64,000 nt of DNA from an uncultured bacterium (lineage in GTDB: Bacteria; Verrucomicrobiota; Kiritimatiellia; CAIKKV01; CAITUY01): assembly GCA_903958395.1 (NCBI GenBank), contig CAJBSZ010000101.1, positions 3,894 to 67,893 of the forward strand, read 5' to 3'. The notes beneath the pieces are model-generated. The model was given only the letters and a program-made list of their open reading frames with translations. It made no database searches and was not told the origin of the DNA. The position numbers were made by a program, and so were the translations under genes. Shown here piece by piece: positions 28,003 through 38,276 of the stretch; the stretch's first letter is position 1; each line of letters begins with the position of its first letter.

Positions 28003-28998
28003 ATGAAAGTGCTTTGCGTACTCAATCCCGGGGCGGCAGGCGGCGATGCCTTGAAGCTCTGGCCCGTGGTCGCCGACTTGCTTCAACAGCAGGGCGTTGA
28101 CTATGAGTTGTTGTCCTGTGAAGGCGGATCCCCGATCAAGGACCAGGTTTACACCCAACTGATGGCGGCCGGAGCGGCGGCCTACGACGTGGTGGCGGGG
28201 ATCGGCGGAGATGGCACCCATGCCGCCGTGATCAACGCCTTGATGCAGGTCCGGGCGGCCTGCGGGGGAGTCCTGAAGCCCCGGTATGCCTTCATCCCCC
28301 TGGGCACAGGCAATGACATCGCTAAATCCCTGGGAATCCGGATTCACGATGACTATTCCCCTCGCGATCTCCGGCGCGCGGTCTCAACTATCCTGCATGG
28401 GGCTGATTACTGTCTCGACCTGGGCGTGATCAAGGGAACCTATTTTGCCGATGCCCTGACCATCGGGCTTGATTCCCGCATTCTCATGGAGCGGAATACT
28501 CATAAACGTGCCCTTGAAACCATTCCGTTGCTGAAATACCTGGCGAAGGGACGATTCCTCTACACGATGTCATGGGGCTCCCGGTTCTTACAGCACGCCC
28601 CCATGGTGGGGGAAATCAGGGTGGACGGGAAGTCCTGGTATACGGGGCGGTTGATCAATGTGGTGGTTAATAATACCCGGATTTATGCCGGTGATTTTGA
28701 TTTCAGCAGGGATGCCTATCCTGATGACGGTCTTCTGGATGTGGTTCTGTTCAATGCGCATGTGGACTATCTGACCCGCTATCTTCTGGCGATCCGTCAT
28801 AACCCGGACAAAATCAGGGACCTCTCCGCTGAATTGCATCGGCGTTCCATGCAGATCCAGGGGCGGGAAATCGAAATCCTTCTTGAGGATCCCGAGCCGG
28901 CTCAGGTGGATGGCGAGGAGTTTCCCGGAGATTCGATTTTCAAGGTTTCCGTGGCGTATCGCGTCTTGCCTATCAAAACTCCCGCTGAACCGCTGTGA
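28003..28998 (+). CDS. Diacylglycerol/lipid kinase family protein (YegS/DgkB-like)
   Basis: NPGAAGG, GGDGT, IPLGTGNDIA, DDGLLDV and QVDGE motifs. Confidence 0.9.
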   Translation: MKVLCVLNPGAAGGDALKLWPVVADLLQQQGVDYELLSCEGGSPIKDQVYTQLMAAGAAAYDVVAGIGGDGTHAAVINALMQVRAACGGVLKPRYAFIPLGTGNDIAKSLGIRIHDDYSPRDLRRAVSTILHGADYCLDLGVIKGTYFADALTIGLDSRILMERNTHKRALETIPLLKYLAKGRFLYTMSWGSRFLQHAPMVGEIRVDGKSWYTGRLINVVVNNTRIYAGDFDFSRDAYPDDGLLDVVLFNAHVDYLTRYLLAIRHNPDKIRDLSAELHRRSMQIQGREIEILLEDPEPAQVDGEEFPGDSIFKVSVAYRVLPIKTPAEPL

Positions 28999-29042
28999 AA
29001 ACAATCGACAGGTCGACGGTCCTCCTTTTATAGTCAAATCGC

Positions 29043-29897
29043 ATGAAGGCAATTTCTGATAATCCGATGGTGAAAGACCTGATCCGCCGTGCGCTGGAAG
29101 AGGATGTTGGCTCCGGTGATGTAACCACTCTCTCCGTTGTGCCTGAATCCAGCCGGGGTCGGGCCGTGATTCTTTCACGGGGTCACTATGTGGTGTCCGG
29201 TCTGGATGTCGCCGCCGCTGTGTTCGGAGCCGTGGATGCCTCACTCCAGTGCCGGTTTCTGGTTGCTGATGGCGACGTTGTGAAGCCGGATCAGCCCTTG
29301 ATGGCCATCGAAGGGGGTATTCGTGGAATTCTGACGGGGGAGCGGACTGCGTTGAATTTCATGCAGCGAATGACCGGGATCGCGTCGAGAACCCGTGAAT
29401 TTGCGGACACAGTGAAGCCCTATGGGACGCGGATCCTGGACACACGCAAAACGACTCCCACGCTGCGGATCCTGGAGAAATATGCGGTCACCTGCGGGGG
29501 TGGAAGGAATCATCGTATGGGGCTCTATGACATGGTTCTGATCAAGGACAATCACCGCCGCCTGTGGCAGGCGGCAGGGATCAGCAACCTGCAGGGTGCC
29601 GTGGCCGCCGCACGGGAAAAATTCCCCGGCATTCCGGTGGAGGTCGAAGTGGAATCCGAGGCTGAGCTTCGGGATGCCTTACGGGCGACTCCGGACTGGA
29701 TCATGCTCGACAACATGGATCCGACCCGGATGCGCGAGTGCGTGGCGATTTGTGCCGGGCAGGCCAAGCTGGAGGCTTCGGGCGGGGTCACGCTGGCCTC
29801 GGTCGAGGCCATTGCCGCAACCGGAGTGGATGCCATTTCCATTGGCGGGTTGACCCATTCGTCGCCAGCCGCCGATTTATCACTGGAGCTCGACTAA
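29043..29897 (+). CDS. nadC: Nicotinate-nucleotide diphosphorylase (carboxylating)
   Basis: ERTALN, DTRKTTP, HRMGLYD, IKDNH, EVEVE, MLDN and EASGG motifs. Confidence 0.96.
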   Translation: MKAISDNPMVKDLIRRALEEDVGSGDVTTLSVVPESSRGRAVILSRGHYVVSGLDVAAAVFGAVDASLQCRFLVADGDVVKPDQPLMAIEGGIRGILTGERTALNFMQRMTGIASRTREFADTVKPYGTRILDTRKTTPTLRILEKYAVTCGGGRNHRMGLYDMVLIKDNHRRLWQAAGISNLQGAVAAAREKFPGIPVEVEVESEAELRDALRATPDWIMLDNMDPTRMRECVAICAGQAKLEASGGVTLASVEAIAATGVDAISIGGLTHSSPAADLSLELD

Positions 29898-30662
29898 ATG
29901 GAAGCCTTCTTTGTTATCGATGTCGGCAACACGAGTACCCATGTGGGGTTGGTTCGGGGACGCCGGATTCTGCGACAGGGCCGCATGTCAACGCGGGAGG
30001 GGCGGGATGAGCGCAACATCACGGCGCTTCTCCGCCGCATCGCGGGTGCCCGCAAGGTGACGGGCTCCGTTCTATGTTCCGTGGTCCCCGGACTCAACCC
30101 CCTCTGGACAGAGATCCTGATGAAACTGTGCGGATCCCTTCCGCTGGTGGTGGATCACCGGATTTGCCTCAACATCACGGTGGATTATCCTCATCCTGAA
30201 ACCATCGGGGCGGATCGTCTTGCGGATGCGGCGGCCGCCTGGGCCCGCTACAAGGGCGCGGTGATTGTGGCCGACTTCGGAACGGCACTGACGTTTGACG
30301 TGATTACCGGGGATGGCCGTTATGTCGGGGGAGTGATTGCGCCCGGGTTGCCCCTGATGACCGATTATCTTTCTGAACGAACAGCCCTGCTGCCGCAGAT
30401 CAAGCTGGGCGGGCGCTTCAAGGCGATCGGGCGCAGTACGGATGAGGCGATGCGGATCGGGGCCATGGTGGGCTATTGCGGCATGGTTCGCGAAATCCTG
30501 CGTCATATCAAATCCGGAATGAAAGAACGCCGTGTCCGGTTCTGCGCCACAGGTGGGTATGCCGGGTTGGCTCTGAAGGGGCTCGACACCCCGGTTGATA
30601 TTATACCGGAACTGACGCTGGAGGGGCTGGTGTTGCTCAGGGAAATCAACATTCTTCAATAA
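29898..30662 (+). CDS. coaX: Type III pantothenate kinase
   Basis: IDVGNT, SVVP, GADR, DFGTALTFD, GGVIAPG and ATGG motifs. Confidence 0.95.
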   Translation: MEAFFVIDVGNTSTHVGLVRGRRILRQGRMSTREGRDERNITALLRRIAGARKVTGSVLCSVVPGLNPLWTEILMKLCGSLPLVVDHRICLNITVDYPHPETIGADRLADAAAAWARYKGAVIVADFGTALTFDVITGDGRYVGGVIAPGLPLMTDYLSERTALLPQIKLGGRFKAIGRSTDEAMRIGAMVGYCGMVREILRHIKSGMKERRVRFCATGGYAGLALKGLDTPVDIIPELTLEGLVLLREINILQ

Positions 30663-30667
30663 ATGCC

Positions 30668-31129
30668 ATGGGTAGAATTCTGGGAATTGATTACGGGACC
30701 AAGCGCATGGGAATCGCCATCAGCGATGCCACGGCCATGCTGTCCACTCCGGTGTCGGTTGAATCGGTTCACTCCATGGACGAGGCGGTCACCGTGGCCT
30801 GTCGCATTGCCCGGGAGCGGGGTGTTGAGAAAATTGTGGTGGGTATTCCCGTCAACATGAATGGAACCAATGGCCCGATGGCCCTGGAAGCCATGCAATT
30901 CATCGAACGGCTCCGGGGGGCAAGCGGGCTTCCCGTTGACACCACGGATGAACGGCTCAGCACCAGTCTCGTGGAGCGGATGCTGGTGGACGCCGATGTT
31001 TCGCGGGGGCGGCGGAAGGAAGTTCGCGACAAGCTGGCCGCGCAGGTCATTTTGCAGGGATACCTGGATGCCAAGGCGGGTCCCCAATTTTACAACCCCG
31101 ATGATGACGCCTTGCGCAATCCGGATTGA
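30668..31129 (+). CDS. ruvX: YqgF/RuvX family nuclease
   Basis: ILGIDYGTKRMGIAISD, DERLST and DKLAAQVILQ motifs. Confidence 0.94.
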   Translation: MGRILGIDYGTKRMGIAISDATAMLSTPVSVESVHSMDEAVTVACRIARERGVEKIVVGIPVNMNGTNGPMALEAMQFIERLRGASGLPVDTTDERLSTSLVERMLVDADVSRGRRKEVRDKLAAQVILQGYLDAKAGPQFYNPDDDALRNPD

Positions 31130-32178
31130 TCCGGAGCAGGGGCGGCGCTTTTTCTTTTTCTGGATTTTGGTTTAGTGGTGACGGGTCGATCAGGGTTTGC
31201 GGGAGCAGCAATCTGTGACGACCGGGGGCGGGTTGTCCTTTTGTGACTTTTATGGCCGTTCCAGAGCCATGCGGCGCCTGCACTGGAAAGTAGCCCGGTG
31301 ATCACCATCGCAAGGAATAGCTGTTTCCAGCGCCTGAGGCTCCTCTTCAGAAGCGTGACATCCTGGGTGGCGAGCAGTGTGTGCGCGGCTTTCACCGCTG
31401 TGGTAGGCGGGGTAAAGTCCAATTGTTCCCGAACCGGAATGGTTTTCTTCAGGGGGTCATTCTTCAGGAAATGGCAACGACTCACATCCAGGCCCGACTG
31501 GATGATGGCGGAGCGGTAACTGTCGAGATCGAAGGCGACCCGTCGCCAGAAAACGGCCCGGGCTTCCGTATCATACAGACAATAGCTGGCGCGCGGGTCG
31601 CCGTCACGGGGGGCGCCCACCGAGCCGACATTGACGAAATAGCGTTTTCCGGGTTCCAGTTCAAAATCCTGCGGCTCGATTTCACGGGGAACGCCGCTTG
31701 AGCCGATGAGGAAGAAGGCGGGGTCATGGGTGTGGCCGGCCAGGAGCAGTTGGGAGTCAACAGCCTGCCATGACGGCAGGGCATCCTCGGGGTTGAGGAT
31801 ATATTCGAAATTCGCCGGTTTGGAAAAGTCCCCATGGGCGCACCGGAATCCGTTTCCCACCAGCGTCAGGGGGAACGACCCCAGAAACGCCGCCGCTTTC
31901 CGGTTGAGCTGCCCGGCCGTCCACCGGATGATTTCCCGCGCCTCCGGATTGAATGAGGAATCATCCATTTTCCCGCCCACCACGGCATCGTGATTGCCCA
32001 ATACAAAGGCATCGACATGGGAGTGAACTTCATTCAGAAGTCGGGCGGGGGAAGGGCCGTAGCCGACGACATCGCCCAGGCAGATGATATAATCCGCGCG
32101 CTGCCCCCGGATGTCCCGATGTACGGCGTGCCACGCCTGGAGGTTGGCATGAAGGTCCGAAATGAAGGCATATCGCAT
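31090..32178 (-). CDS. Membrane-anchored metallophosphoesterase (paralog 2)
   Basis: DLHAN, GDVVGYGP, GNHD, HG, GHTH and NVGSVG motifs; one TM, then a short basic tail. Confidence 0.85.
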   Translation of the reverse strand: MRYAFISDLHANLQAWHAVHRDIRGQRADYIICLGDVVGYGPSPARLLNEVHSHVDAFVLGNHDAVVGGKMDDSSFNPEAREIIRWTAGQLNRKAAAFLGSFPLTLVGNGFRCAHGDFSKPANFEYILNPEDALPSWQAVDSQLLLAGHTHDPAFFLIGSSGVPREIEPQDFELEPGKRYFVNVGSVGAPRDGDPRASYCLYDTEARAVFWRRVAFDLDSYRSAIIQSGLDVSRCHFLKNDPLKKTIPVREQLDFTPPTTAVKAAHTLLATQDVTLLKRSLRRWKQLFLAMVITGLLSSAGAAWLWNGHKSHKRTTRPRSSQIAAPANPDRPVTTKPKSRKRKSAAPAPDQSGLRKASSSGL

Positions 32179-32229
32179 GACTAGTCGATAACCTAGTTGC
32201 GATTAGCCGTCAACTAAAACAAATCTAAT

Positions 32230-33816
32230 TTATTTATTTTTCGGCGGCATGGCCCAGGAGTCGTCAGCTTTGTCGCCCGGGTTCGAAGGCGGGGTGGCGG
32301 CAGCCGGGTCCGCCGGAGTCGATTCAGGGGCAGGGGCGGTCGGAGCCGGTTCGGAGGCCGGTTCCTGGAGTGGGGTTCCGTCATCGGTGGGCTTCAGGGA
32401 CACCTGGGGGAACAGGATGGTGCCCGAGAAGCGTCCCTCCAGGCACGCCTGAAGTGTGCCGCGTGAGGCGGGCGTGGTGATCTGGCCCTGAATCTTTGAC
32501 AATCCGGAAATCAGCATGTCGCCCACATCCTGTTTAAAGAGGATTTTCCGGGCGGAGCCGTCGGCGGCGGAAAAAATCAGGGACACGGTAAAACGCCCCG
32601 AAAAGTCATGATATTTCTGGGCGGCAGCGTCCAGAATCCAGGTTTGGCCGGGTTCCGCGCTGATCCGGGAGGACACCATCTGGATGGCATGTTTTTCCCG
32701 TTTTGAACGGAGATAGAGGAACGATTGTTTAAAGGCGTTCAGGTTCAAGCCGGCGGCCTGCCTGTATTTATCCTCCAGATGAATCGTCCAGCCGGTGATG
32801 GGGGTTCCGGGCTCAATGACGCGAGCCGGAAAGGAGAGCATGTTGATGCGGGTGGACTGAACCGGCTGGTTTCCGGTTCCGGCGATGACGACGGGGTGGG
32901 GCAGGGCTCGCCAGATGGCCGTTCCGATCATCAGGACGACGATCGCCAGGATGACTTTCATGTTCAGCGGCATTTTCTGGGGGCGGCGCGGGAGTACCTT
33001 GATATCCTGCACGGCGACGACATCATGAGCGGCCTTGTCGCTGGATTTCGGGGGAATAAAGACCTTTTGTTTTTCGATCTGGGCGTTTTTCGGGGCGGGT
33101 TGCATATAGTAGCTGGGATCCAGTTGCAGGCCCGTGGCCTTGAGTGATTTCCGGTAGGCCTCCAGATCAAACGACACGCGCCGCCAGTAGAGCGACTTGG
33201 TTTCCGAATCATAAATGCAGTAACACGACCGGACATCCGAGCCCCGGGGCTGTCCGACCGATCCGATGTTCACCAGATAGCGCTTGCCCGGATCCACGAC
33301 AAAATCCTGGGGTTCGACGCTGCGGGGGGTTCCGCTGGTTCCCAGGATATAGAGGGCCGGTTCATGCGTGTGGCCGACGAACAGCAGGGCGTCATCCACG
33401 GCCTTCCAGGAGGGGAGGGCGCCCTCCGCGTCCAGGACATAATCAAAATTGGCGGGTGCGGTAAATTCGCCGTGAACGCAACGGAATCCGTCGCCGACCA
33501 GGGTGAGCGGAAAGGTTCCCAGGAAATTCCGATCCTCGTCGCTCAGCTGCTTGTTTGTCCACTCAATAATCTTCCGGGCATCGTCATTAAACAGGGACTC
33601 GTCCAGTTTCCCGCACATCACGGCATCATGGTTTCCGAGGACAAAGGCATCGACCTTGGTGCGGACTTCCCGGAGTATTTCGCGCGGATTCGGGCCGTAG
33701 CCGACCACGTCCCCGAGGGAAATGATCCGGTCCACATTGTTCGCCTGAATATCATGGTAAACCGTTTTCCATGCCTGGATATTGGAATGGAGGTCTGAAA
33801 CGAAAGCATATTTCAT
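32230..33816 (-). CDS. Membrane-anchored metallophosphoesterase (paralog 1) with extracytoplasmic domain
   Basis: Same calcineurin-like motifs; TM VILAIVVLMIGTAIW; about 170-aa beta-rich domain; Pro/Ala tail. Confidence 0.85.
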   Translation of the reverse strand: MKYAFVSDLHSNIQAWKTVYHDIQANNVDRIISLGDVVGYGPNPREILREVRTKVDAFVLGNHDAVMCGKLDESLFNDDARKIIEWTNKQLSDEDRNFLGTFPLTLVGDGFRCVHGEFTAPANFDYVLDAEGALPSWKAVDDALLFVGHTHEPALYILGTSGTPRSVEPQDFVVDPGKRYLVNIGSVGQPRGSDVRSCYCIYDSETKSLYWRRVSFDLEAYRKSLKATGLQLDPSYYMQPAPKNAQIEKQKVFIPPKSSDKAAHDVVAVQDIKVLPRRPQKMPLNMKVILAIVVLMIGTAIWRALPHPVVIAGTGNQPVQSTRINMLSFPARVIEPGTPITGWTIHLEDKYRQAAGLNLNAFKQSFLYLRSKREKHAIQMVSSRISAEPGQTWILDAAAQKYHDFSGRFTVSLIFSAADGSARKILFKQDVGDMLISGLSKIQGQITTPASRGTLQACLEGRFSGTILFPQVSLKPTDDGTPLQEPASEPAPTAPAPESTPADPAAATPPSNPGDKADDSWAMPPKNK

Positions 33817-36629
33817 GGGTTCCGCCTTACTGTTGATGTTGATTTCTTGATCTCAAAAGGGGTGTGTGACGGGCGGGTGCGAATCCATTTTTCGATGGAT
33901 ATCACGGGAAGAACCGTGGCTCCGACGAGAATGGCATGGGACCACTCGGACCAGCCCAACGGGCTTGTCTTGAACAGGGTTTGAAAAAACGGGATATAGA
34001 GAAAGCAGGCCTGAAGGAGAAGGAGGCTTCCGATTCCAACAAAGACGGGGGGATTGGAGAAGAGCCCCATGGACAGGACTGAATTTTTCAAGGAGCGGCA
34101 ATTGAACAAATAGAAGATCTGGAAAAACACGATCGTGGTGACACAGGTGCTTTGAGCCCCCGAAAGGGCCAGGGTATGGCGTGCCAGGGAGAGGGGTGCG
34201 GGACCGGCCATCCGATCATATTCCCAGAGGAAGAGGGCGCAGGATCCCGCTGTCATGAGTCCCGCCACCATGAAGAGGCGGAACACAATAAATCCCGAAA
34301 ACACCGGCTCGTCCGGGCCCCGTGGTTTCCGGTGCATGGCGTTACGTTCCAGCACCTCAAAGGCGAGGGGAACCGACAAGGCCAGGCTGGCCACAAGATT
34401 GATCCAGAGGGTCTGGGTCGGAGACATGGCCAGAAGGAGGGCGGGGGTGCCCTCAATCATGGCAACCGGGAAGAAGAATACGGCTGCCGCCAGGATAAAG
34501 GCCAGTCCCAGGTTGGTGGGCAGGAGAAAGGCGAGGGACTTGATAAGGTTGTCATAAACGCGGCGGCCTTCCTCCACTGCGGCGGCGATGGACGCGAAAT
34601 TATCATCCGCCAGGATCACCTTGGAGGCTTCCTTGGCGACGGCGGTGCCGGTGATGCCCATGGCAATGCCGATATCGGCTTTTTTGAGGGCGGGGCCGTC
34701 GTTGACGCCATCGCCGGTCATGGCGACAACATGCCCCCTGGCCTGGAGGGCTTCCACAATCCTGATCTTATGCTCGGGTGCCACTCGCGCGAACACATTG
34801 GTTTCCGTGACACGATCCTGAAGCTGTTCCCCGGTCAACCCGTCCAAGTCACGGCCGATGCAGGCATATTGAGAGGGTTTCAGGAGACCGAGTTGCCGTC
34901 CGATGGCCTGGGCCGTGGTGGGGTGATCGCCCGTGATCATCTTGACCGTGATGCCGGCTCCATGGCAGACGCGGATAGCCTCCATCGCCTCGGTCCGGGG
35001 CGGGTCAATCATTCCCATCAGGCCTACGAACGTCAGGCCGCCCGAGACGGTCTCCGGCTGAAAGGATTCAGTTTCAGAGCCTGTTTTTTTGGCGAAGGCG
35101 ATGACCCGCATGCCTTGCCGGGCGTATGTTTCAATGGCCTCATGAACCCGGGCTCGTTCCGGATCTGTCAGGGAGCAGCGTTGCAGAACCGTTTCCGGCG
35201 CACCTTTGAGGCTGATGTGATGGGCTCCGTCAAGGGAGTTGAGCGTGGCCATAAACTTGGTTTCCGATTCAAACGGAATGACATCCAGGCGAGGGTGTTC
35301 CCGGCGCAGGGAGTGCGCAAAGAGGCCTGCTTTTTGTCCGGCAACAACGAGGGCCGCCTCCGTCGGGTCGCCTGTAATGCTCCAGCCGTCGTTCTCCTGC
35401 TGAAGGGATGAATCATTACACAACACTGAAATGATCAGGAGCTCTCTGAGTTCAGGAGGAAGTTCATGGGTGAGGGCGACTCCATTATGCTCGATGACTC
35501 CCTCGGGGGAATAGCCCACCCCTGAAAAGCGGTATTCCCGGGCGCCGGTCCAGGCGACCTGAATGGTCATCTCATTACGGGTCAGTGTGCCGGTTTTATC
35601 GGTGCAGATCACCGAGGTTGAGCCCAGCGTTTCCACGGCGGGAAGATGTCGCACCACGGCATGGCGCGCCGCCATGGCCCTGACGCCAAGGGCAAGGGAA
35701 ATGGTGATCATGGCGGGCAATCCTTCGGGAATGGCGGCGACGGCCAGGGTGATGGCCACCATGAGCGCATCGTTCAGGGGGGCCTGTTTGATCCAGAGGC
35801 CGAAAATCAGAAGTATGCCGGCGAGAATCACGACGGCGGCGGTAATCAAGAGGCTGACTTTGGCAAGCTGCCGGGTCAGCGGGGTCTCGATTTCGCGCGT
35901 TTGGTTCAGCAGGGTATTGATGTGTCCGAGTTCGGTCTGGTTGCCCGTCGCCACCACGACCCCGGTGGCAGTCCCCTGAAGCACCAGTGTGCCGCTGTAG
36001 GCCATGCCAAACCGGTCGCCGAGGGCTGCGTCGGGTGCGGCCGCATCGGACTGTTTTCCGACAGGCAGGGATTCGCCAGTCAGGGCGGCTTCCTCAATCA
36101 GCAGGTTCTTGACCTGGATCAGTCGCAAGTCGGCAGGAATTTTGTCGCCGCTTTGCAGGGTGACAATATCGCCCGGGACAAGTTCGGCGGCGTGCAGGGT
36201 CACGGGAACGCCCCCGCGACGGGCGTTGGCCATCTCGGGAACCATGGCGGAAAGTGCTTCAATGGCCTTTCCGGCGCGGTATTCCTGGAAAAATCCGATG
36301 ATGGCATTGACCACAAGGGCACCGAAGACAACGATGGCGTCGGTTGTTTTGTGAAGAATCAGGGCCAGGCTTCCGGCCCCGATCAGCAGCCATCCGATCG
36401 GGTTGTTGATCTGTCGCCAGAACATCAGCCACGGGCTGTCACCGGCTGTTTTGAGTAAGACGTTGGCGCCGTAGGTATTTCGCTGTTTGACGACTTCGTC
36501 CGGAGTCAGTCCATTCTGTCGCGAGCCGAGGGTCTCCAGAATAGAGTCCGGGCGCATGGCGTGCCAGGAAGGCGGCGGTGCAGCCTGAGGCTGAGGCATC
36601 GTGTGTCGCTGGTCTTTTTCCGGATTCAT
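33813..36629 (-). CDS. Cation-transporting P-type ATPase (type IIA, Ca2+-like)
   Basis: LTGES, PEGLP, DKTGTLT, KGAPE, MITGD and TGDGVND motifs. Confidence 0.95.
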   Translation of the reverse strand: MNPEKDQRHTMPQPQAAPPPSWHAMRPDSILETLGSRQNGLTPDEVVKQRNTYGANVLLKTAGDSPWLMFWRQINNPIGWLLIGAGSLALILHKTTDAIVVFGALVVNAIIGFFQEYRAGKAIEALSAMVPEMANARRGGVPVTLHAAELVPGDIVTLQSGDKIPADLRLIQVKNLLIEEAALTGESLPVGKQSDAAAPDAALGDRFGMAYSGTLVLQGTATGVVVATGNQTELGHINTLLNQTREIETPLTRQLAKVSLLITAAVVILAGILLIFGLWIKQAPLNDALMVAITLAVAAIPEGLPAMITISLALGVRAMAARHAVVRHLPAVETLGSTSVICTDKTGTLTRNEMTIQVAWTGAREYRFSGVGYSPEGVIEHNGVALTHELPPELRELLIISVLCNDSSLQQENDGWSITGDPTEAALVVAGQKAGLFAHSLRREHPRLDVIPFESETKFMATLNSLDGAHHISLKGAPETVLQRCSLTDPERARVHEAIETYARQGMRVIAFAKKTGSETESFQPETVSGGLTFVGLMGMIDPPRTEAMEAIRVCHGAGITVKMITGDHPTTAQAIGRQLGLLKPSQYACIGRDLDGLTGEQLQDRVTETNVFARVAPEHKIRIVEALQARGHVVAMTGDGVNDGPALKKADIGIAMGITGTAVAKEASKVILADDNFASIAAAVEEGRRVYDNLIKSLAFLLPTNLGLAFILAAAVFFFPVAMIEGTPALLLAMSPTQTLWINLVASLALSVPLAFEVLERNAMHRKPRGPDEPVFSGFIVFRLFMVAGLMTAGSCALFLWEYDRMAGPAPLSLARHTLALSGAQSTCVTTIVFFQIFYLFNCRSLKNSVLSMGLFSNPPVFVGIGSLLLLQACFLYIPFFQTLFKTSPLGWSEWSHAILVGATVLPVISIEKWIRTRPSHTPFEIKKSTSTVRRNP

Positions 36630-36748
36630 CAAGAGGGGAACTTTAGCAGGGAATCATAGTGCATCAATCCTAAATGAAAATGCAGTATCGGCTGGATGTC
36701 CTGGGCGGAGACGGTGTAATGTCACCCCGAACAGCAGGAGACCAATTT

Positions 36749-37645
36749 ATGGCGAAGAAAACCATTGTGGCGGCCGTCCAGTCGGGCCGCGTGTTAGTTT
36801 CGGATGGCGCGTGGGGGACATTCCTTCAGAAAAAAGGGATGAAGCCGGGCGAATGCCCGGAATTGTGGTGCGTGACGCATCGGGCGGATGTTCTCGACAT
36901 TGCCCGCAGTTATATCGAGGCGGGTGCCGACATGATTGAGTCCGACAGCTTTGGGGGTACCCGCTGCAAGTTGCAGCATTTCGGGCTTGAGGATCGGACT
37001 GCCGAACTGAATCGGGCGGCGGCGGCAGTTTCGCGTGAGGCGGCCGGGACTGACCGGTGGGTGATTGCTTCCGTTGGGCCGACCGGACTGATGACCGTTC
37101 TGGGAGATGTGACCGAGGATGACCTGTACCGTGATTTCAAGGAGCAGGCCATGGCGTTGGCCGAGGGGGGCGCCGATGCCCTCTGTATTGAAACGATGAG
37201 TGCGGTGGATGAGGCGGCGGCGGCGGTGCGGGCCTGCCGGGATCACACTCAATGCGAGGTGATCTGCACCTTTACCTTTGAGCGAACCCTCCAGGGCGAG
37301 TACCGGACGATGATGGGTGTATCCCCGACCGAGGCGGCGCGTGCGGCGATTGAGGCGGGTGCCCATGTCATCGGTACAAATTGTGGCAACGGCATGGAAC
37401 GTATGGTGGAGATTGTGCGGGAGATGAGGGCCGCCGCTCCGGTCACACCGATCCTGGTCCATGCCAATGCGGGGCTACCCAAGTCAGTCGATGGCGTCGA
37501 TGTTTTTCCGGAAACCCCGGCTGACATGGCGGCCCGCGTTCCCGCCCTGATTGCGGCGGGGGCCAATATCATTGGCGGCTGTTGCGGGACGACGCCCGCG
37601 CATATTACGGCAATCAAGCGGGCCGTGCTTGGCTTGAAGGCCTGA
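36749..37645 (+). CDS. Homocysteine S-methyltransferase domain protein (stand-alone MetH N-terminal module)
   Basis: DGAWGT, GTNC, NAGLP and GGCCGTTP zinc motifs; AGGAG RBS. Confidence 0.9.
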   Translation: MAKKTIVAAVQSGRVLVSDGAWGTFLQKKGMKPGECPELWCVTHRADVLDIARSYIEAGADMIESDSFGGTRCKLQHFGLEDRTAELNRAAAAVSREAAGTDRWVIASVGPTGLMTVLGDVTEDDLYRDFKEQAMALAEGGADALCIETMSAVDEAAAAVRACRDHTQCEVICTFTFERTLQGEYRTMMGVSPTEAARAAIEAGAHVIGTNCGNGMERMVEIVREMRAAAPVTPILVHANAGLPKSVDGVDVFPETPADMAARVPALIAAGANIIGGCCGTTPAHITAIKRAVLGLKA

Positions 37646-37646
37646 A

Positions 37647-38276
37647 ATGAATGAGCTGAATCATCCTCCCCGTCTGGGCATTCTGGGCGGAACCTTCAAT
37701 CCGGTTCATTTGGGGCATATGATCATGGCCCAGGATGCGATGGAGGCCTTTGATTTATCCCGGGTACTATTTATGCCCTGCGCCCGGCCGCCCCACAAAC
37801 CGGCCACCGCCCTGGCTCCCGCGCACCACCGGTTCGCCATGCTGGAGGCCGCGATTGAGGGGGATTTGCGGTTTGAGTTGTCCGACATGGAACTCCAGCG
37901 TGGCGGAATCTCCTACACCATTGATACCCTGCGCGCCCTGACGGCGGAACATCCGGGCGTGGAGTTGTTTTTCATCATCGGGGCGGATTCACTGGGTGAA
38001 CTGCATCTCTGGCGCGAGATTGAGGCACTGCTGGCGTTGTGCCGGATTGTGACCATGGCGCGGCCGGGCGTGAAACCGGAGGCCCTTCAGGCCAACGCCA
38101 TCAACTTAAGGGATCCCTGGCCCGAGCAGATTCATGCGGACATCCGGGTCGGGCACCTGGTGGAGGTGTCCTCAACCGACATCCGGTATCGGGCGGCGGA
38201 AGGCATGACGATTCGTTATCTTGTGCCGCCGGGGGTTGATATGTATATTGCTGAGCATTCGCTATACAGGAGATGA
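37647..38276 (+). CDS. nadD: Nicotinate-nucleotide adenylyltransferase
   Basis: GGTFNPVHLGH, SYTIDTL, IIGADS and VSSTDIR motifs. Confidence 0.95.
   Translation: MNELNHPPRLGILGGTFNPVHLGHMIMAQDAMEAFDLSRVLFMPCARPPHKPATALAPAHHRFAMLEAAIEGDLRFELSDMELQRGGISYTIDTLRALTAEHPGVELFFIIGADSLGELHLWREIEALLALCRIVTMARPGVKPEALQANAINLRDPWPEQIHADIRVGHLVEVSSTDIRYRAAEGMTIRYLVPPGVDMYIAEHSLYRR

Noticed and set aside
34152..35411. 419-aa plus-strand ORF, and similar long ORFs at 16122-17150, 21296-22120, 35646-36458, 52652-53431 and 59452-60297
   Set aside because: Antisense shadows of well-supported genes in a high-GC genome; no motifs or RBS
36633..36748. SAM or cobalamin riboswitch upstream of the homocysteine methyltransferase
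   Set aside because: No recognisable conserved aptamer motifs in the short intergenic region
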